A stretch of 64,000 bases of DNA from an uncultured Gammaproteobacteria bacterium (GCA_964597575.1 CAZQXB010000001.1:704595-768594), one strand, 5' to 3'. Positions 1-11,098 are shown, counted from the stretch's first letter. The notes: generated by a model from the sequence alone, not told the origin. Program-made: numbers and translations.

Positions 1-249
1 AAATGTGGTATGGCGATTATCCCCCACTTCTTCAATATCTTGGGCCCGAAAACATTTCTGCGAATCCGTTAAACGGCTTCCCTGCGGATGTTTTTCACCT
101 AAAAGATACGGCACCATCGGCTGCATGCCGGAACCCGTAAAAAGAGTTGTTGGGTCGTTCTCAGGCAAGAGCGACGCCGAAGGAAGAACCGCGTGGTTTT
201 GGTTTCTAAAAAAAGCCAGGTATTTCGAACGAAGTTCATTGGTAGTCAT
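1..249 (-). CDS. alaS: alanine--tRNA ligase, N-terminal part (runs off window)
   Basis: Manual minus-strand translation [14 protein letters not shown]...[33 protein letters not shown]...[20 protein letters not shown] is the AlaRS N-terminus; not in ORF track. Confidence 0.95.
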   Translation of the reverse strand, partial: MTTNELRSKYLAFFRNQNHAVLPSASLLPENDPTTLFTGSGMQPMVPYLLGEKHPQGSRLTDSQKCFRAQDIEEVGDNRHTTF

Positions 250-280
250 ACATTTTTAGCGTGTATTCGAGAAAAATTGA

Positions 281-1864
281 TTAGTATTCCACCCTTCCAT
301 AACTGTAATTATTGAATTGCTTGGCCGATTCAAGATGAGTCGGCAGGATAATATTTCTCCATTCTGGTTTAAATACCCTCTTCGCTTCTTCAAGTCCTAA
401 ATGAAATTCTGGCCACTTGGCACGTTCTTGTTTCGTAATCTCCATTTGAAGCGTATTCAAGAGCCGAGCATAATTTACGCCTGGGGCATTGTACGCATAA
501 GGAGCAGTATTCGTCGTCGTTTGAATATATTCTGCAAATTTGGCTGAAGTAACCAGAGGAACCAAGGCGGGTGTAATATCGGTTGAGAGCCGGCCAAGAT
601 ATTCAAAGTCGATTTCCTTTTTCTCGCCGGTCAAAAATAAATCGATATTTCGGCGAGCAATAATATAGTCGACATTAAGGCAAACCACTAAAGTAAGAGA
701 AACAACTCCCACAACCATGGCTCCAGTCCAAAAATGCCGAAATGCCAACCGAGCAACAAGAGCGAGAATGGTCCAAACCATAACCGCAAGCATAAAGTAC
801 GCAAACCACTCACTATATAGTCGGATCACCGTGAAACCATAGGCATCCTGATAGAGATACAGGCGTTTTAAGGCTGAAGCAGCTACGACACCGACCTCAA
901 ACACGAGAAGTGCTTGGAGCACCGTAAGTACCGCGTGACGTGACGTGTCGCTGAACCAGCGGTAGACTCCGATAACAATGACCCCAGACAATGCAATGGC
1001 CGCTAAAAGTTCTCCATATCCCTTTCGGGCGTACGAAGCATAGGTAATACCTTCAGCAAACACATATTCAACCCCTGCAAAAAGATAACGGATTTGAATG
1101 AACACAAATACCGCAAAAAGAAGTGCAATGAGCCCAAGGACAACCGAAACAATCACCGCATCTCCATCCATTTTCTTTGACTCCCTTTGAGAGAGTTCGT
1201 ATTTTTCAACAAACAGGGCGTAAAAAATGCCAGCCACAGCGAGGGTGAGAAGACCGGTACGGAGCAATCTCCAAAAATCAACAAATTCTACATTAATTCC
1301 ACGCACCCAGGCGGCAAATACTTCATCGGCCTGATAGAACAATATTCCAAAAAAGAAAAGAATCGGTACCGCAATAAGTACACCAAGAGCAACCCGTTTC
1401 AAGAGTGCGTGTCGGCTTCCAGCTCCAGAAAATAAATCTCGAGAGACATCACCCCAATGATAGAGCGTACGGTCAATGCTCGCAATGAGGGGAATTCGCG
1501 AGAGTTGAAATGGGACGCGATGTGGATTCGTAACCGCGGCTGTGGCGATAAACAAAAACAGAAAAATTCCCACAAACCATGGTACGCCATAGGTTACCAT
1601 CGCATTTTGGTAAATAACGGGCGTGACTGCCATGACTAACGCGAGAATAGCAAACAAAAAAGCCCATGGTTGGCGAAACAACTTTGTGCGGATAAACAGC
1701 GCCGTACTTCCAAGAATAAAGACCAGCACAAACAAAAAGAAGCCAATCCCAACAAGCTTATCCCAAAAAAAGACGTCGTACAGAACCGCCATGACCAAAG
1801 AAAAGGCAATGAACGCCAGACGCTCTTTTTTTGAAATTTCCGGCCGTAATGAAAACAAAGACAT
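281..1864 (-). CDS. DUF4173-like polytopic membrane protein
   Basis: About 12 hydrophobic segments; motifs YASYARKGYGEL, RLYLYQDAYGFTVIRLY, YLGRLSTD. Confidence 0.75.
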   Translation of the reverse strand: MSLFSLRPEISKKERLAFIAFSLVMAVLYDVFFWDKLVGIGFFLFVLVFILGSTALFIRTKLFRQPWAFLFAILALVMAVTPVIYQNAMVTYGVPWFVGIFLFLFIATAAVTNPHRVPFQLSRIPLIASIDRTLYHWGDVSRDLFSGAGSRHALLKRVALGVLIAVPILFFFGILFYQADEVFAAWVRGINVEFVDFWRLLRTGLLTLAVAGIFYALFVEKYELSQRESKKMDGDAVIVSVVLGLIALLFAVFVFIQIRYLFAGVEYVFAEGITYASYARKGYGELLAAIALSGVIVIGVYRWFSDTSRHAVLTVLQALLVFEVGVVAASALKRLYLYQDAYGFTVIRLYSEWFAYFMLAVMVWTILALVARLAFRHFWTGAMVVGVVSLTLVVCLNVDYIIARRNIDLFLTGEKKEIDFEYLGRLSTDITPALVPLVTSAKFAEYIQTTTNTAPYAYNAPGVNYARLLNTLQMEITKQERAKWPEFHLGLEEAKRVFKPEWRNIILPTHLESAKQFNNYSYGRVEY

Positions 1865-1867
1865 AGA

Positions 1868-2983
1868 TTAAAATACTACGCTACCCCCTAAGCATACCTC
1901 GTTTTTATAAAAAACCGCAAACTGACCAGGGGTAATAGCACGCTCTGCTTTTTTGAGCCGCACCACCCACTGACCGTTCTTTTCGAGAACAGTAGCCGGT
2001 ACAAGTGCCTGACGGTGGCGAAAACGAACCGAACACTGAAGTGGAAATGATGGCTCTTCCCCCAAAATCCAGTGCGGCTGCTCAATCATCACTTCTTTTG
2101 TGTACAGCAGCGGATCATCTTCATACCCAAGCACCAGTTCGTTTGTATCACGGCGTTTTGCCACCACATAGAGCGGTTTCGGATCAACACCGGCTTCTCC
2201 TTTTGAAGAAATACCGACATGCCGTTGACCAATGGTATAAAAGGGCAGCCCGGTATGTTCCCCGAGCATTTTGCCAGAAGATGTAACCATTTTGCCCGGA
2301 GTCGGAGGAATACGCTTGGCAAGAAATTCTGCCATGGGTACCTCTCCCACAAAACAAATACCCATGCTTTCAGCTCGAAGGGCAGTTGGCAAATTGAGTT
2401 TTTTTGCGAGCGCACGAACCTGTATTTTTGTGTATCCTCCGATCGGAAAAAGAGTAGAAGCAAGCTGTGTTTGACTCAGCTGGTGAAGAAAATAGGTTTG
2501 ATCTTTCACGGAATCTTTCGCCTGAAGTAAAGAAAAACACACCTGTTTCTTTTTCCCGCTCACACTAATTTTTCGACCAACCTTTGCATAGTGCCCGGTT
2601 GCTAAAAAATCGAACCCGAGGGCTTTGGCTTTTTTTAGCCACACCCCAAACTTAATGGTCGCGTTACACATTACATCTGGATTCGGCGTACGACTGAGGG
2701 TGTATTCACGAAACATGTATTCGAGGACATTTTCTTTATACTCTTTCTCAAAATCAAGAGTAAGAAGCGGAATACCAAGGTGCGCGGCCACCCGAAGAGC
2801 ATCGCGTCGATCGGTTTTCCAAGAACATACACCGGAGAGCTCGGCTCCATCACTCCATTGCTTCATATAAGCTCCAGTCACATCATACCCTGCTTTCACT
2901 AAAAGCGCTGCCGAAACCGAAGAATCAACCCCACCGGAAAGGGCCATGAGAACTCGTGGTTTTCTGGAGTTTTTTTTCCCCAT
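1868..2983 (-). CDS. mnmA: tRNA-specific 2-thiouridylase
   Basis: SGGVDS PP-loop, TPNPDVMCN, ATGHYA, KDQTYFL, ESMGICF, TPGQFAVFY; start reassigned to MGKKNSRK. Confidence 0.96.
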   Translation of the reverse strand: MGKKNSRKPRVLMALSGGVDSSVSAALLVKAGYDVTGAYMKQWSDGAELSGVCSWKTDRRDALRVAAHLGIPLLTLDFEKEYKENVLEYMFREYTLSRTPNPDVMCNATIKFGVWLKKAKALGFDFLATGHYAKVGRKISVSGKKKQVCFSLLQAKDSVKDQTYFLHQLSQTQLASTLFPIGGYTKIQVRALAKKLNLPTALRAESMGICFVGEVPMAEFLAKRIPPTPGKMVTSSGKMLGEHTGLPFYTIGQRHVGISSKGEAGVDPKPLYVVAKRRDTNELVLGYEDDPLLYTKEVMIEQPHWILGEEPSFPLQCSVRFRHRQALVPATVLEKNGQWVVRLKKAERAITPGQFAVFYKNEVCLGGSVVF

Positions 2984-3024
2984 AGGAAAATCAAATATGG
3001 CACCGAATATACCATACAGAAAAC

Positions 3025-3048
3025 AAAAAAGCAACCCTTACGGGCTGC
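3025..3048 (-). terminator. intrinsic terminator
   Basis: Minus strand GCAGCCC-GTAA-GGGTTGC-TTTTTT, downstream of the CxxC gene. Confidence 0.75.
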
Positions 3049-3065
3049 TCGTTTGTTTAAACCAC

Positions 3066-3356
3066 TTACGCCTGAGCGCGTGATTTATTGCAGTTGAAGC
3101 AGTAAACTGGACGTGCGCCGCTTGGTTGGAATGGCAATTTATCGATATGCGTTCCACATTGAGCACAGTTCAAGTCTACGTCAAACATCTGGCGTTCCTG
3201 ACGAGGTGCGCTAGCTGCACGCTTATTGCGCAAACAATCGCGGCAGTAGACTGGCTTGTCGCCACTTGGCTGAAATGGAAGCTCACTGATGTGAGCGTTG
3301 CAGTCAGCGCAGTTAAGATCTACCTGCACCATTGGTCTGTCGTTTTGAAATGACAT
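3066..3356 (-). CDS. tandem CxxC-x17-CxxC zinc-ribbon protein
   Basis: Two repeats of CxxC..LPFQPSG.KPVYCxxC; start MSFQNDRP. Confidence 0.88.
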   Translation of the reverse strand: MSFQNDRPMVQVDLNCADCNAHISELPFQPSGDKPVYCRDCLRNKRAASAPRQERQMFDVDLNCAQCGTHIDKLPFQPSGARPVYCFNCNKSRAQA

Positions 3357-3473
3357 AAAACATTGGGATATGTACGAATTAATCGACCTTTCCCCGTACG
3401 ATGACTCTATACCCCCTATCATCTAAAAACGACGATGGTTGATACGTTTTTCACCTCACGGATAACGATAGGT

Positions 3474-3502
3474 ACTATAGCATAAATTCCCAGTTTTGTC
3501 AA
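3474..3502 (-). promoter_or_regulatory. sigma70 promoter of the CxxC gene
   Basis: TTGACA-N17-TATAGT with extended TG. Confidence 0.7.
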
Positions 3503-3572
3503 CCTATTTATCTCATATATGTCAACAGCTTCCCCTCCTCACTAAAACAGACCTGTGATTTCTCTCAAAACT

Positions 3573-3602
3573 AAACACCCCCACAAGTATGGAGGGGTGT
3601 TT
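3573..3602. terminator. hairpin downstream of pilin
   Basis: AAACACCCC...GGGGTGTTT inverted repeat with flanking A/T tracts. Confidence 0.6.
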
Positions 3603-3623
3603 GTTTTTTCTGCTAGCAGAAAA

Positions 3624-4067
3624 CTATGGAGTTGACGATGCTGTTAAACCTGATGGAGTAGCAACGATCGTACCTGACAAACCACTCACTTCACCTTCGA
3701 GTTCACTGGTGATGCTGTATGCTGAACCGTCAGCTGACAAATATTCGTATGTAGTGTTGTTTCCTGGATCTTCAGGAACTAACCCCATATACGCATCGGT
3801 ACAGCCTGCTGCGCCGAAACCAGACTGGTTCAAACACGCGTACTGTGCAGTACCGAGGTCGATAGCAACTGTTGAAGTTGGATAACTATTGTTATCCGTG
3901 TAAAACAATTCGAGTGCGGTTTGGATTTGCTTAATGTCGGACAAACGGCGGGCATCACGCGATTTCTCACGTGCTGAGCCAAGTGCCACTACGGCAAGCG
4001 TTGACAAAAGGCCGATAATCGCGATAACGACCAAAAGCTCAATAAGCGTAAAACCTTTTCTATTCAT
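3624..4067 (-). CDS. type IV pilin / GspG-like prepilin
   Basis: KGFTLIELLVVIAIIGLL N-methylation motif, RDARRLSDIKQIQTALELF; SD AAAGGGGGTGA 5 nt before ATG. Confidence 0.92.
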   Translation of the reverse strand: MNRKGFTLIELLVVIAIIGLLSTLAVVALGSAREKSRDARRLSDIKQIQTALELFYTDNNSYPTSTVAIDLGTAQYACLNQSGFGAAGCTDAYMGLVPEDPGNNTTYEYLSADGSAYSITSELEGEVSGLSGTIVATPSGLTASSTP

Positions 4068-4124
4068 GATGTTCACCCCCTTTCCTGTTCGTGGAACATG
4101 TGTTCATACACGATTGAATACATC

Positions 4125-4511
4125 TTAAGCGATGTTCAGTGCTTTCTTTACCTTACCAACCGTTTCGGATGGTTTAAAATGTGCCTTAATCAGATAATCC
4201 ACGGCTCCGAGCTCCAACCCTTTTTCTACGTCGTCTTTTTGCCCTAAGTTGGTAAGAAGGATCACCGGAATCGCACCAGTCTCACTGTCATTTTTCAAAT
4301 GCTTCAACACGGTGAAGCCATCCATTTTCGGCAAAAGAACATCAAGTAAAATAATATCCGGTTTTTTCTTTTTTGCATCATCGAGCCCCGCTTCCCCATT
4401 TTCTGCCACACTGACTCGAAAACCTTCCATCTCAAATTTGGTTTTGTAAATATTTGCGAGAAACGTATCATCTTCCACAAGAAGAACGTGCTTGTTAGTA
4501 GTGTCGGCCAT
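4125..4511 (-). CDS. single-domain response regulator (receiver)
   Basis: LLVEDD, PDIILLDVLLPKMDG, PVILLTN, DYLIK. Confidence 0.93.
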   Translation of the reverse strand: MADTTNKHVLLVEDDTFLANIYKTKFEMEGFRVSVAENGEAGLDDAKKKKPDIILLDVLLPKMDGFTVLKHLKNDSETGAIPVILLTNLGQKDDVEKGLELGAVDYLIKAHFKPSETVGKVKKALNIA

Positions 4512-4535
4512 AAGAAAAAACGAGTAGTGGTTCCA

Positions 4536-5663
4536 TTATACAATGTTTCGAAGAGCAAGTCCAATCGCAACCGACATACGAGGCCCAACGGAATCAAGAA
4601 CTGGTTTTAATCCTTGCTGATACACAACACGCGCCCACGGATCTCCTACAAATACTTTGAGTGGAAATGCAGCCGCGAGCTCTAACTGAATGGCAGGTAC
4701 GAGCGCGGAACCGCCAGTCAAAATAATTTTTTCCGGTCGCTTTTCTTCGTTCCCGGTTTGACGCAAATACATATCGAAACCGTATTGCACTTCTTTAATC
4801 ATGGGTTCAATGATATGCGGAAACAATACTTCGGAAATCACCTCACTTGAAACATGTTCTAAATCATATTTCATTTCCCCAGCAGCCACAATATTAACCC
4901 CCAAGCGCTCTGCGATCATTTCATCAATCATGGCTCCTCCAATTTGGATGCTCCGGTGCGTCACGGGAAGCCCCTGATCCATAATAAAGAAATTGGTACG
5001 CTCCGCGCCCATATCAATAACGAGAACGGTTGACGTATCGCGACCAACAAGTGCCCGCTCAAGCGCAAACGCTTCAGTTTCGAGTTCTGCCAAACGAAGA
5101 CCAGCACGTTCAAAAATACTCGTATAAAAAACAATCAATTCTTTCGGTGCAGCTGTAACCAGCACACGCATATTCTTGCGCTGCTTTTCCATATCGGTTT
5201 GCGGAATAATCTGATGCACCACTTGCATTTCACTCGCTGGGCGTGGCAAAAGCTTCCCAATTTTTGCTTCTACATGCTGAACAATTTCTTTTTCCTTAAG
5301 TTCTGGAAGCGTAATAATCGTATGAAAAACATACGACACCGGTAAACTTGCTACGGCTTGGCGCGTAGTCACCTTTGCTTGCTTTACCACTTCTTGCAAA
5401 AGCTTCGCGTAATGATCAACTCGTGCATCTGTCGTTTCTAACCCTGATACCGGAGGAAGTGATGTGGTGGTAACTGGCGCACCCCGCAGCTGTTCAGGAG
5501 TTTTATCTTGTAAATTGGTAACATGAATATCGAGCGGCTCATCAATCATGCCATACGTCCAAAGTTGCGGGCGATTTTTATTTTTTCGAAGCTCAACAAT
5601 TTTAATACCATGCGCTCCGATATCCACCCCCACGAATGATTCTGTTTTTTGAAACATGGCCAT
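4536..5663 (-). CDS. pilM: type IV pilus assembly protein PilM
   Basis: VGVDIGAHGIKIVEL, IDMGAERT, IILTGGSA, VAIGLALR actin-like ATPase motifs; next to pilin. Confidence 0.9.
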   Translation of the reverse strand: MAMFQKTESFVGVDIGAHGIKIVELRKNKNRPQLWTYGMIDEPLDIHVTNLQDKTPEQLRGAPVTTTSLPPVSGLETTDARVDHYAKLLQEVVKQAKVTTRQAVASLPVSYVFHTIITLPELKEKEIVQHVEAKIGKLLPRPASEMQVVHQIIPQTDMEKQRKNMRVLVTAAPKELIVFYTSIFERAGLRLAELETEAFALERALVGRDTSTVLVIDMGAERTNFFIMDQGLPVTHRSIQIGGAMIDEMIAERLGVNIVAAGEMKYDLEHVSSEVISEVLFPHIIEPMIKEVQYGFDMYLRQTGNEEKRPEKIILTGGSALVPAIQLELAAAFPLKVFVGDPWARVVYQQGLKPVLDSVGPRMSVAIGLALRNIV

Positions 5664-5799
5664 ACAGAAAATTTCAGTTGAAAAAAGTATACCATATTAT
5701 TATAGTATGCAAAAGGTTATCGTGTGCTCAAAAACAACAACCGAGTGATAACTTGCCAAGCACCTCATTTTCTCGTACGATACGAATACTCTTTTTTCT

Positions 5800-7260
5800 A
5801 TGCTCTCCTTATATAATACGCTTTCAAGAACTGCCGAACCGTTTACCCCCCTTAAGGGAAATGATGTGGGTTTGTATACGTGTGGCCCAACCGTGTATCA
5901 CTACGCTCATTTAGGCAACCTCCGAACATATATTTTTGAAGATGTTTTGAAACGCACCTTGGTTGCTAATGGCTACACAGTAAACCATGTCATGAATATT
6001 ACTGACGTCGGTCATCTTACCGACGACGCTGATCAAGGGGAAGATAAAATGGAAAAAGGCTCACGACGAGAAGGAAAAACGGCCTGGGAAGTGGCCGACT
6101 TTTACACTGCCGCATTTTTAAAAGATATTGATGCTCTGAACATCATTCATCCGAATATTTTGTGTAAAGCGACAGACCATATCCCCGAACAAATTGCGCA
6201 AGTTCAAACTCTTATTGATAAAGGCCATACCTACGAAACAGCAGATGGTATTTATTTTGACACCACGAGCATTTCTGATTACGGAAAATTAGCTCAACTC
6301 GAAAAACAGCAACTTGAAGCGGGTGCGCGAGTCGACATGGGTGAAAAAAAGAACCCACACGATTTTGCGCTTTGGAAATTTACCGCGCCAGGTGAAAAGC
6401 GCCAAATGGAATGGGCGGCTTTTGGTCGTATGGGTTTTCCAGGCTGGCATATTGAATGTTCTGCCATGAGTATTAAATACTTAGGAGAACAGTTTGATAT
6501 TCACTGTGGTGGTATTGATCACATTCCCGTCCACCATACGAACGAAATTGCTCAGGCTGAAAGCGCAACCGGAAAAAAACCGTGGGTAAACTACTGGCTC
6601 CACGGAGAGTTCATTTTAACGAACAGTGAAAAAATGGCAAAGTCGGGCGGCAATCTTTTAACGCTCCAGTCTATTATCGACGAAGGTATTGATCCGCTCG
6701 CCTACCGATACTTTGTTCTTCAAACCCATTACAGAAAACAAGCCAATTATACCCTTGAGGCGCTCAAGGCCGCGGCGGCTGGCTACGAACGACTGGTGAA
6801 AGACATCGGACAACTCTATCACCGAAAGATGGAGAATGATTCCTTTGGAAACCGGGGGTATGCGGAAGGGAAAAAGGGGGCATCTTCTGACGAGTGGAAA
6901 AGAATGATGAAAAACCAAATCAATAACGACCTTTCAACACCGCAAATTCTTGGACTTTTGCGCGATCTCATTCGTGACGAAACATTATCGCCGGAAGAAC
7001 GAATGGATGTGATTGAGTATACCGACCAAATTCTTGGTCTTGACCTTTTGAAGAAAGCTGAGGCCTTTTCCCAAAAAAATCAGCATACAGAAAAAAATAT
7101 TGAGATCCCTCAAAAAGTAGAAAAACTTCTTCAGCAACGGGAAATCGCGCGAAAAGAAAAACACTTTGACGAAAGCGACCTCCTTCGTAAAGAAATTCAA
7201 ACTTTTGGCTTCGACGTTGAAGACACCCCTCAAGGACAGCGACTTATCCCACGCACCTAA
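5800..7260 (+). CDS. cysS: cysteine--tRNA ligase
   Basis: [33 protein letters not shown]. Confidence 0.98.
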   Translation: MLSLYNTLSRTAEPFTPLKGNDVGLYTCGPTVYHYAHLGNLRTYIFEDVLKRTLVANGYTVNHVMNITDVGHLTDDADQGEDKMEKGSRREGKTAWEVADFYTAAFLKDIDALNIIHPNILCKATDHIPEQIAQVQTLIDKGHTYETADGIYFDTTSISDYGKLAQLEKQQLEAGARVDMGEKKNPHDFALWKFTAPGEKRQMEWAAFGRMGFPGWHIECSAMSIKYLGEQFDIHCGGIDHIPVHHTNEIAQAESATGKKPWVNYWLHGEFILTNSEKMAKSGGNLLTLQSIIDEGIDPLAYRYFVLQTHYRKQANYTLEALKAAAAGYERLVKDIGQLYHRKMENDSFGNRGYAEGKKGASSDEWKRMMKNQINNDLSTPQILGLLRDLIRDETLSPEERMDVIEYTDQILGLDLLKKAEAFSQKNQHTEKNIEIPQKVEKLLQQREIARKEKHFDESDLLRKEIQTFGFDVEDTPQGQRLIPRT

Positions 7261-7320
7261 AAAGAATCCTCGCCCAATTACGAAAATTCTGGTATACTCT
7301 CTCTATCATGTATTTTTCGT

Positions 7321-7860
7321 ATGCCAACTATCGGTAGCCCTCGCACACCAGATAAACTCCCGGAGGGGCTTCGTAAACTCGCTCCACGAGAAGTGGGTAT
7401 TCCGTCTGACCACGAAAACCCACCTCGTGTTGAACGAACAGAACAAGTTCGCGAAAAAGAAAAAACAGAAAACATCCAAAGTCCAAAAGAACAAAAGCCT
7501 GTCGAAGAAGGGCTTATTTCTCGTATTAGAAAACCAAAAGTTATTCCCCAGGTAAAACCCATCACCCGCGATGAAATTACTCGAGATGTGGAACATATTA
7601 TGTCTGAGGGCCTCACTGAGGCATTCAAGGCACTTTCTCCGATTAAGCAACAGGAATTTAAAATGAAAGGAGAAGAGACCGCTCGGGAAATTAGAAGCCT
7701 CCTTTTTTCAACAAAAGTGAAGATGAAAAAAATCTTTGAACTTATTTTTGACTGGCTGAAACTCCTTCCCGGGGTCAACAAATTCTTTCTGGAACAGGAA
7801 GCAAAAATTAAGGCTGAGCGTGTCATGCGCTTGAAAGAGCTCAAAAATTTTCGCCCTTAA
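7321..7860 (+). CDS. hypothetical protein, first gene of the VirD4-like operon
   Basis: 179-aa ORF ending 3 nt before the next gene; helical C-terminus WLKLLPGVNKFFLEQEAKIK. Confidence 0.7.
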   Translation: MPTIGSPRTPDKLPEGLRKLAPREVGIPSDHENPPRVERTEQVREKEKTENIQSPKEQKPVEEGLISRIRKPKVIPQVKPITRDEITRDVEHIMSEGLTEAFKALSPIKQQEFKMKGEETAREIRSLLFSTKVKMKKIFELIFDWLKLLPGVNKFFLEQEAKIKAERVMRLKELKNFRP

Positions 7861-7863
7861 TGT

Positions 7864-10431
7864 ATGCCGCCAGAATTCCTCGGCGACGCACAACCCTATT
7901 TCAATACCAGCGCATCCGTTGATACCACACTCGTTGCGCTTCTTTTGTTTGGAGCCATTGCCGGTGTTGCCACATTTGTTTTTATCCTCCGGGGAATACT
8001 TCATGTAAAATTTCGCAAAGAAAGTAGTTTTACCCGAGTCGTTCTTCGCATTACGGTTCCAAAAGAGCGTCGCAGTGAGGGCCAAGGAAACCAAAGCCAA
8101 CAAGAAGATCGACTAGAACAAGTGCGTGAAGAAATTGGACTTACAGAAACATTCTTTGGCACGATTGCAGGGCTAAAAGCAGAACGCGGTATGGCTCCGT
8201 GGTTTCGTGGACGAAGTGATCATTTAGCCTGTGAAATGGTCGTTCACGACGGCCTCATTACCTTCTACATTGAAGTTCCCAAACGTTTTCGCACCATGAT
8301 TGAGCAGCAGATTCAGGCCCAGTACCCGCATGCCGAAATAGAACAAATGATTGACTACAACAATTTTAGCCCGAAAAGCAGTATTGTGGGCGCCTATATC
8401 GCAAGCGATGGTCCACGCGTTTCCCCGATTAAAACATATCGTAAAATTGAATCGGACCCCCTCTCATCACTTCTAAACGTCCTTGCGAAAGTGCGGGAAC
8501 CTGGAACAAGTTTGGCTGTGCAATATGTTATTCGATCGGCCAAAAAATCGTGGCGCCGTGAAGGGGTTGGCCTTATTGAAAACCTCAGAAAAGGGAAAGG
8601 ATCAAGCGGTTTGGCTGGAAACGTAGGTTCAGGCGTGGCCGGATTTGGCAGCGCCATTGTACAAAACGTAGCAGGCTCCAAAAATGATAAAAACAAATCT
8701 TCGAAAGATGAAAAGAAACACGAACTTACCCAAGCCGAACAAGAACTTATTAAAAACATCCAAGAAAAGCTTGGGAAAGGCGGGCTTGATGTGACGGTTC
8801 GCCTGCTCTCAGTAGCCGATTCTCCAGAAATTGCAAAAACAAACCTCGACAACCTTGTCTCTTCATTTAGCCAGTACAATCTCTACCAGTACGGAAATAG
8901 CTTAAAAGCAGTTATTCCCCGAAATCAAACACAACTAATTCGTGATTTTATTTATCGCACCTTTCACGAGAAGCGAGCCTTTGTCGTCAATACTGAAGAA
9001 ATGGCCGGCCTCTGGCATCTTCCTCTTCACTCAACCGAAACTCCGAACATTCGCTGGCTTGGTGCACGCAAAGCCCCTCCCCCATCCAATGTACCAACCG
9101 AAGGAATTCTTCTTGGACATGTGAACTACCGGGGAACTGACACGCCAATTCACATGAAAGATGCCGATCGTCGGCGCCATATGTATGTAATTGGGAAATC
9201 CGGCTCTGGAAAATCAGTCCTCCTCGCGAATTTAGCTATTCAAGATATTAAAAATGGACACGGCATTTGTATTATCGACCCTCACGGAGATCTAGTAGAG
9301 GATGTTTTGCAACATGTGCCAAAAGAACGGGCTGAGGATGTGATTATATTGAATCCTTCCGATGTTGAGAGGCCCATTGGGCTAAACATGCTCGAGGCGA
9401 AGACGGAAGATCAGAAAGATTTTGCCGTGGGAGAAATGATCGCCATCTTCTACAAGCTCTTTCCACCGGAAATGATTGGGCCAATGTTTGAGCACAACAT
9501 GAGAAATGTGATGCTCACCCTCATGGCGGACATCGATAACCCAGGCACGATTATCGACATCCCTCGCATGTTTACGGATGATGCTTATGTCAAAAAATAC
9601 TTGGTGAAATTGAAAGATCCTGTTGTGCGAGCCTTCTGGGAAAAAGAAATGGCCAAAACGAGTGATTTCCACAAATCTGAAATGCTTGGCTACCTTATTT
9701 CTAAAGTGGGCCGCTTCGTGGAAAACGAAATGATGCGAAACATCATGGGTCAGCAAAAGAGCGGCTTCAATTTTCGCGAAGCCATGGATAAGAAAAAAAT
9801 TCTTCTCGTCAATTTGGCGAAAGGAACTACCGGAGAAATGAACGCTAAACTCATTGGGCTTATTGTGGTAGCAAAACTTCAGATGGCAGCCATGAGCCGG
9901 GCTGATCTTCCTCAAGAAGAGAGAACTGACTTCTACCTGTATATCGACGAGTTTCAAAACTTTGTAACGGATTCGATTTCGACCATTCTCTCCGAAGCCC
10001 GCAAATACCGCCTTAATCTTATTATTGCCCATCAATATATGGGGCAGCTTATTGACGAAAAGGGCCGCGATGATATTCGGAAAGCCGTGCTTGGAAATGC
10101 GGGTACCATGGCCGCGTTCCGTGTAGGCCCTGAGGATGTAGAAATTCTTTCAAAAGAATTTGCACCAACGTTTGGCGGCTACGACCTCTTAAACGCACCA
10201 CAATTTTCTTGTTATACAAAATTGCTCATTGACAATACCGCAAGTAAGCCATTCAATATGCTTACCTATCCGTACAACCAGGGAAATAAAAAACTGGCAG
10301 AAGCGATTCGTCAGCTTTCTCGACTTACCTACGGTCGCGATCGCCGCATTGTCGAAGAAGAAATTCTTGAGCGAACCCAAATTGGGGCGGCTGAAACAAA
10401 AGCGAAAACAAGTGTTGAGTCAAGTTTATAA
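7864..10431 (+). CDS. VirD4/TraD-like coupling ATPase with N-terminal TM and a large N-terminal domain
   Basis: Walker A GKSGSGKS, IDPHGD, Walker B LYIDEFQNF, SEARKYRLNLIIAHQ. Confidence 0.88.
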   Translation: MPPEFLGDAQPYFNTSASVDTTLVALLLFGAIAGVATFVFILRGILHVKFRKESSFTRVVLRITVPKERRSEGQGNQSQQEDRLEQVREEIGLTETFFGTIAGLKAERGMAPWFRGRSDHLACEMVVHDGLITFYIEVPKRFRTMIEQQIQAQYPHAEIEQMIDYNNFSPKSSIVGAYIASDGPRVSPIKTYRKIESDPLSSLLNVLAKVREPGTSLAVQYVIRSAKKSWRREGVGLIENLRKGKGSSGLAGNVGSGVAGFGSAIVQNVAGSKNDKNKSSKDEKKHELTQAEQELIKNIQEKLGKGGLDVTVRLLSVADSPEIAKTNLDNLVSSFSQYNLYQYGNSLKAVIPRNQTQLIRDFIYRTFHEKRAFVVNTEEMAGLWHLPLHSTETPNIRWLGARKAPPPSNVPTEGILLGHVNYRGTDTPIHMKDADRRRHMYVIGKSGSGKSVLLANLAIQDIKNGHGICIIDPHGDLVEDVLQHVPKERAEDVIILNPSDVERPIGLNMLEAKTEDQKDFAVGEMIAIFYKLFPPEMIGPMFEHNMRNVMLTLMADIDNPGTIIDIPRMFTDDAYVKKYLVKLKDPVVRAFWEKEMAKTSDFHKSEMLGYLISKVGRFVENEMMRNIMGQQKSGFNFREAMDKKKILLVNLAKGTTGEMNAKLIGLIVVAKLQMAAMSRADLPQEERTDFYLYIDEFQNFVTDSISTILSEARKYRLNLIIAHQYMGQLIDEKGRDDIRKAVLGNAGTMAAFRVGPEDVEILSKEFAPTFGGYDLLNAPQFSCYTKLLIDNTASKPFNMLTYPYNQGNKKLAEAIRQLSRLTYGRDRRIVEEEILERTQIGAAETKAKTSVESSL

Positions 10432-10455
10432 TAATAACACCATTTTAATACACAT

Positions 10456-11082
10456 ATGAATGACCTTTCTTTTGCACACACCTCATTTGATCCTGCGGCC
10501 GAACCAGTTCCTCCGACCCCTGTTTCTCCAAGCGATAACGCCCCACTGCCCCAGACTTCACCAACAGCACCCCCAGACCTTGCCATTGTCCGCCAGATGA
10601 TTCACCGCATGAAAGACGAACTCGACGCTATGCTTCGCGTACTTCAGGGTGACTCGAGCGGATCAAAAGACTTTCGCCCTCATTTTGAAACAATTACTGC
10701 CGGATCTAACATTCAGATACAGGAAGGTGTCTTTACCGGCAACATGATGCGGGCCACCGACGGCAAAGAATACAGCATCCCCCCAAACTATGCGAGCAAA
10801 TCGAAACTGGTAGAGGGCGACCGCATGAAACTCACTATTACTCCGAGCGGTGCGTTTATTTACAAACAAATTGCTCAGATAGAACGCGATCGTGTTACAG
10901 GCGAACTGACCCTTGACCCAGGCACTGGTCAATGGCATGTGGTCGTGAATGGAAAGCCATACAAAGTATTAACCGCTTCGGTAACCTTTTATCGCGGAAA
11001 ACCAGGAGATAAAGTTTCTATTTTAGTCCCAAAAGGAGTTGAGGCTTCTTGGGGCGCAATGGAGAATGTCATTCAGGGATAG
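10456..11082 (+). CDS. conserved hypothetical protein (beta-barrel/OB-like repeats)
   Basis: EGVFTG..M...DGKEYSIPPNYASKSKLVEGD motif; Pro-rich N-terminus. Confidence 0.7.
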   Translation: MNDLSFAHTSFDPAAEPVPPTPVSPSDNAPLPQTSPTAPPDLAIVRQMIHRMKDELDAMLRVLQGDSSGSKDFRPHFETITAGSNIQIQEGVFTGNMMRATDGKEYSIPPNYASKSKLVEGDRMKLTITPSGAFIYKQIAQIERDRVTGELTLDPGTGQWHVVVNGKPYKVLTASVTFYRGKPGDKVSILVPKGVEASWGAMENVIQG

Positions 11083-11098
11083 CATTCAATATACCTCA

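Noticed and set aside
5-259. 84-aa plus-strand ORF
   Set aside because: Antisense shadow of alaS on the minus strand.
7864-10431. Conjugative element/ICE
   Set aside because: No relaxase, integrase, VirB genes or att sites; native composition and start context.
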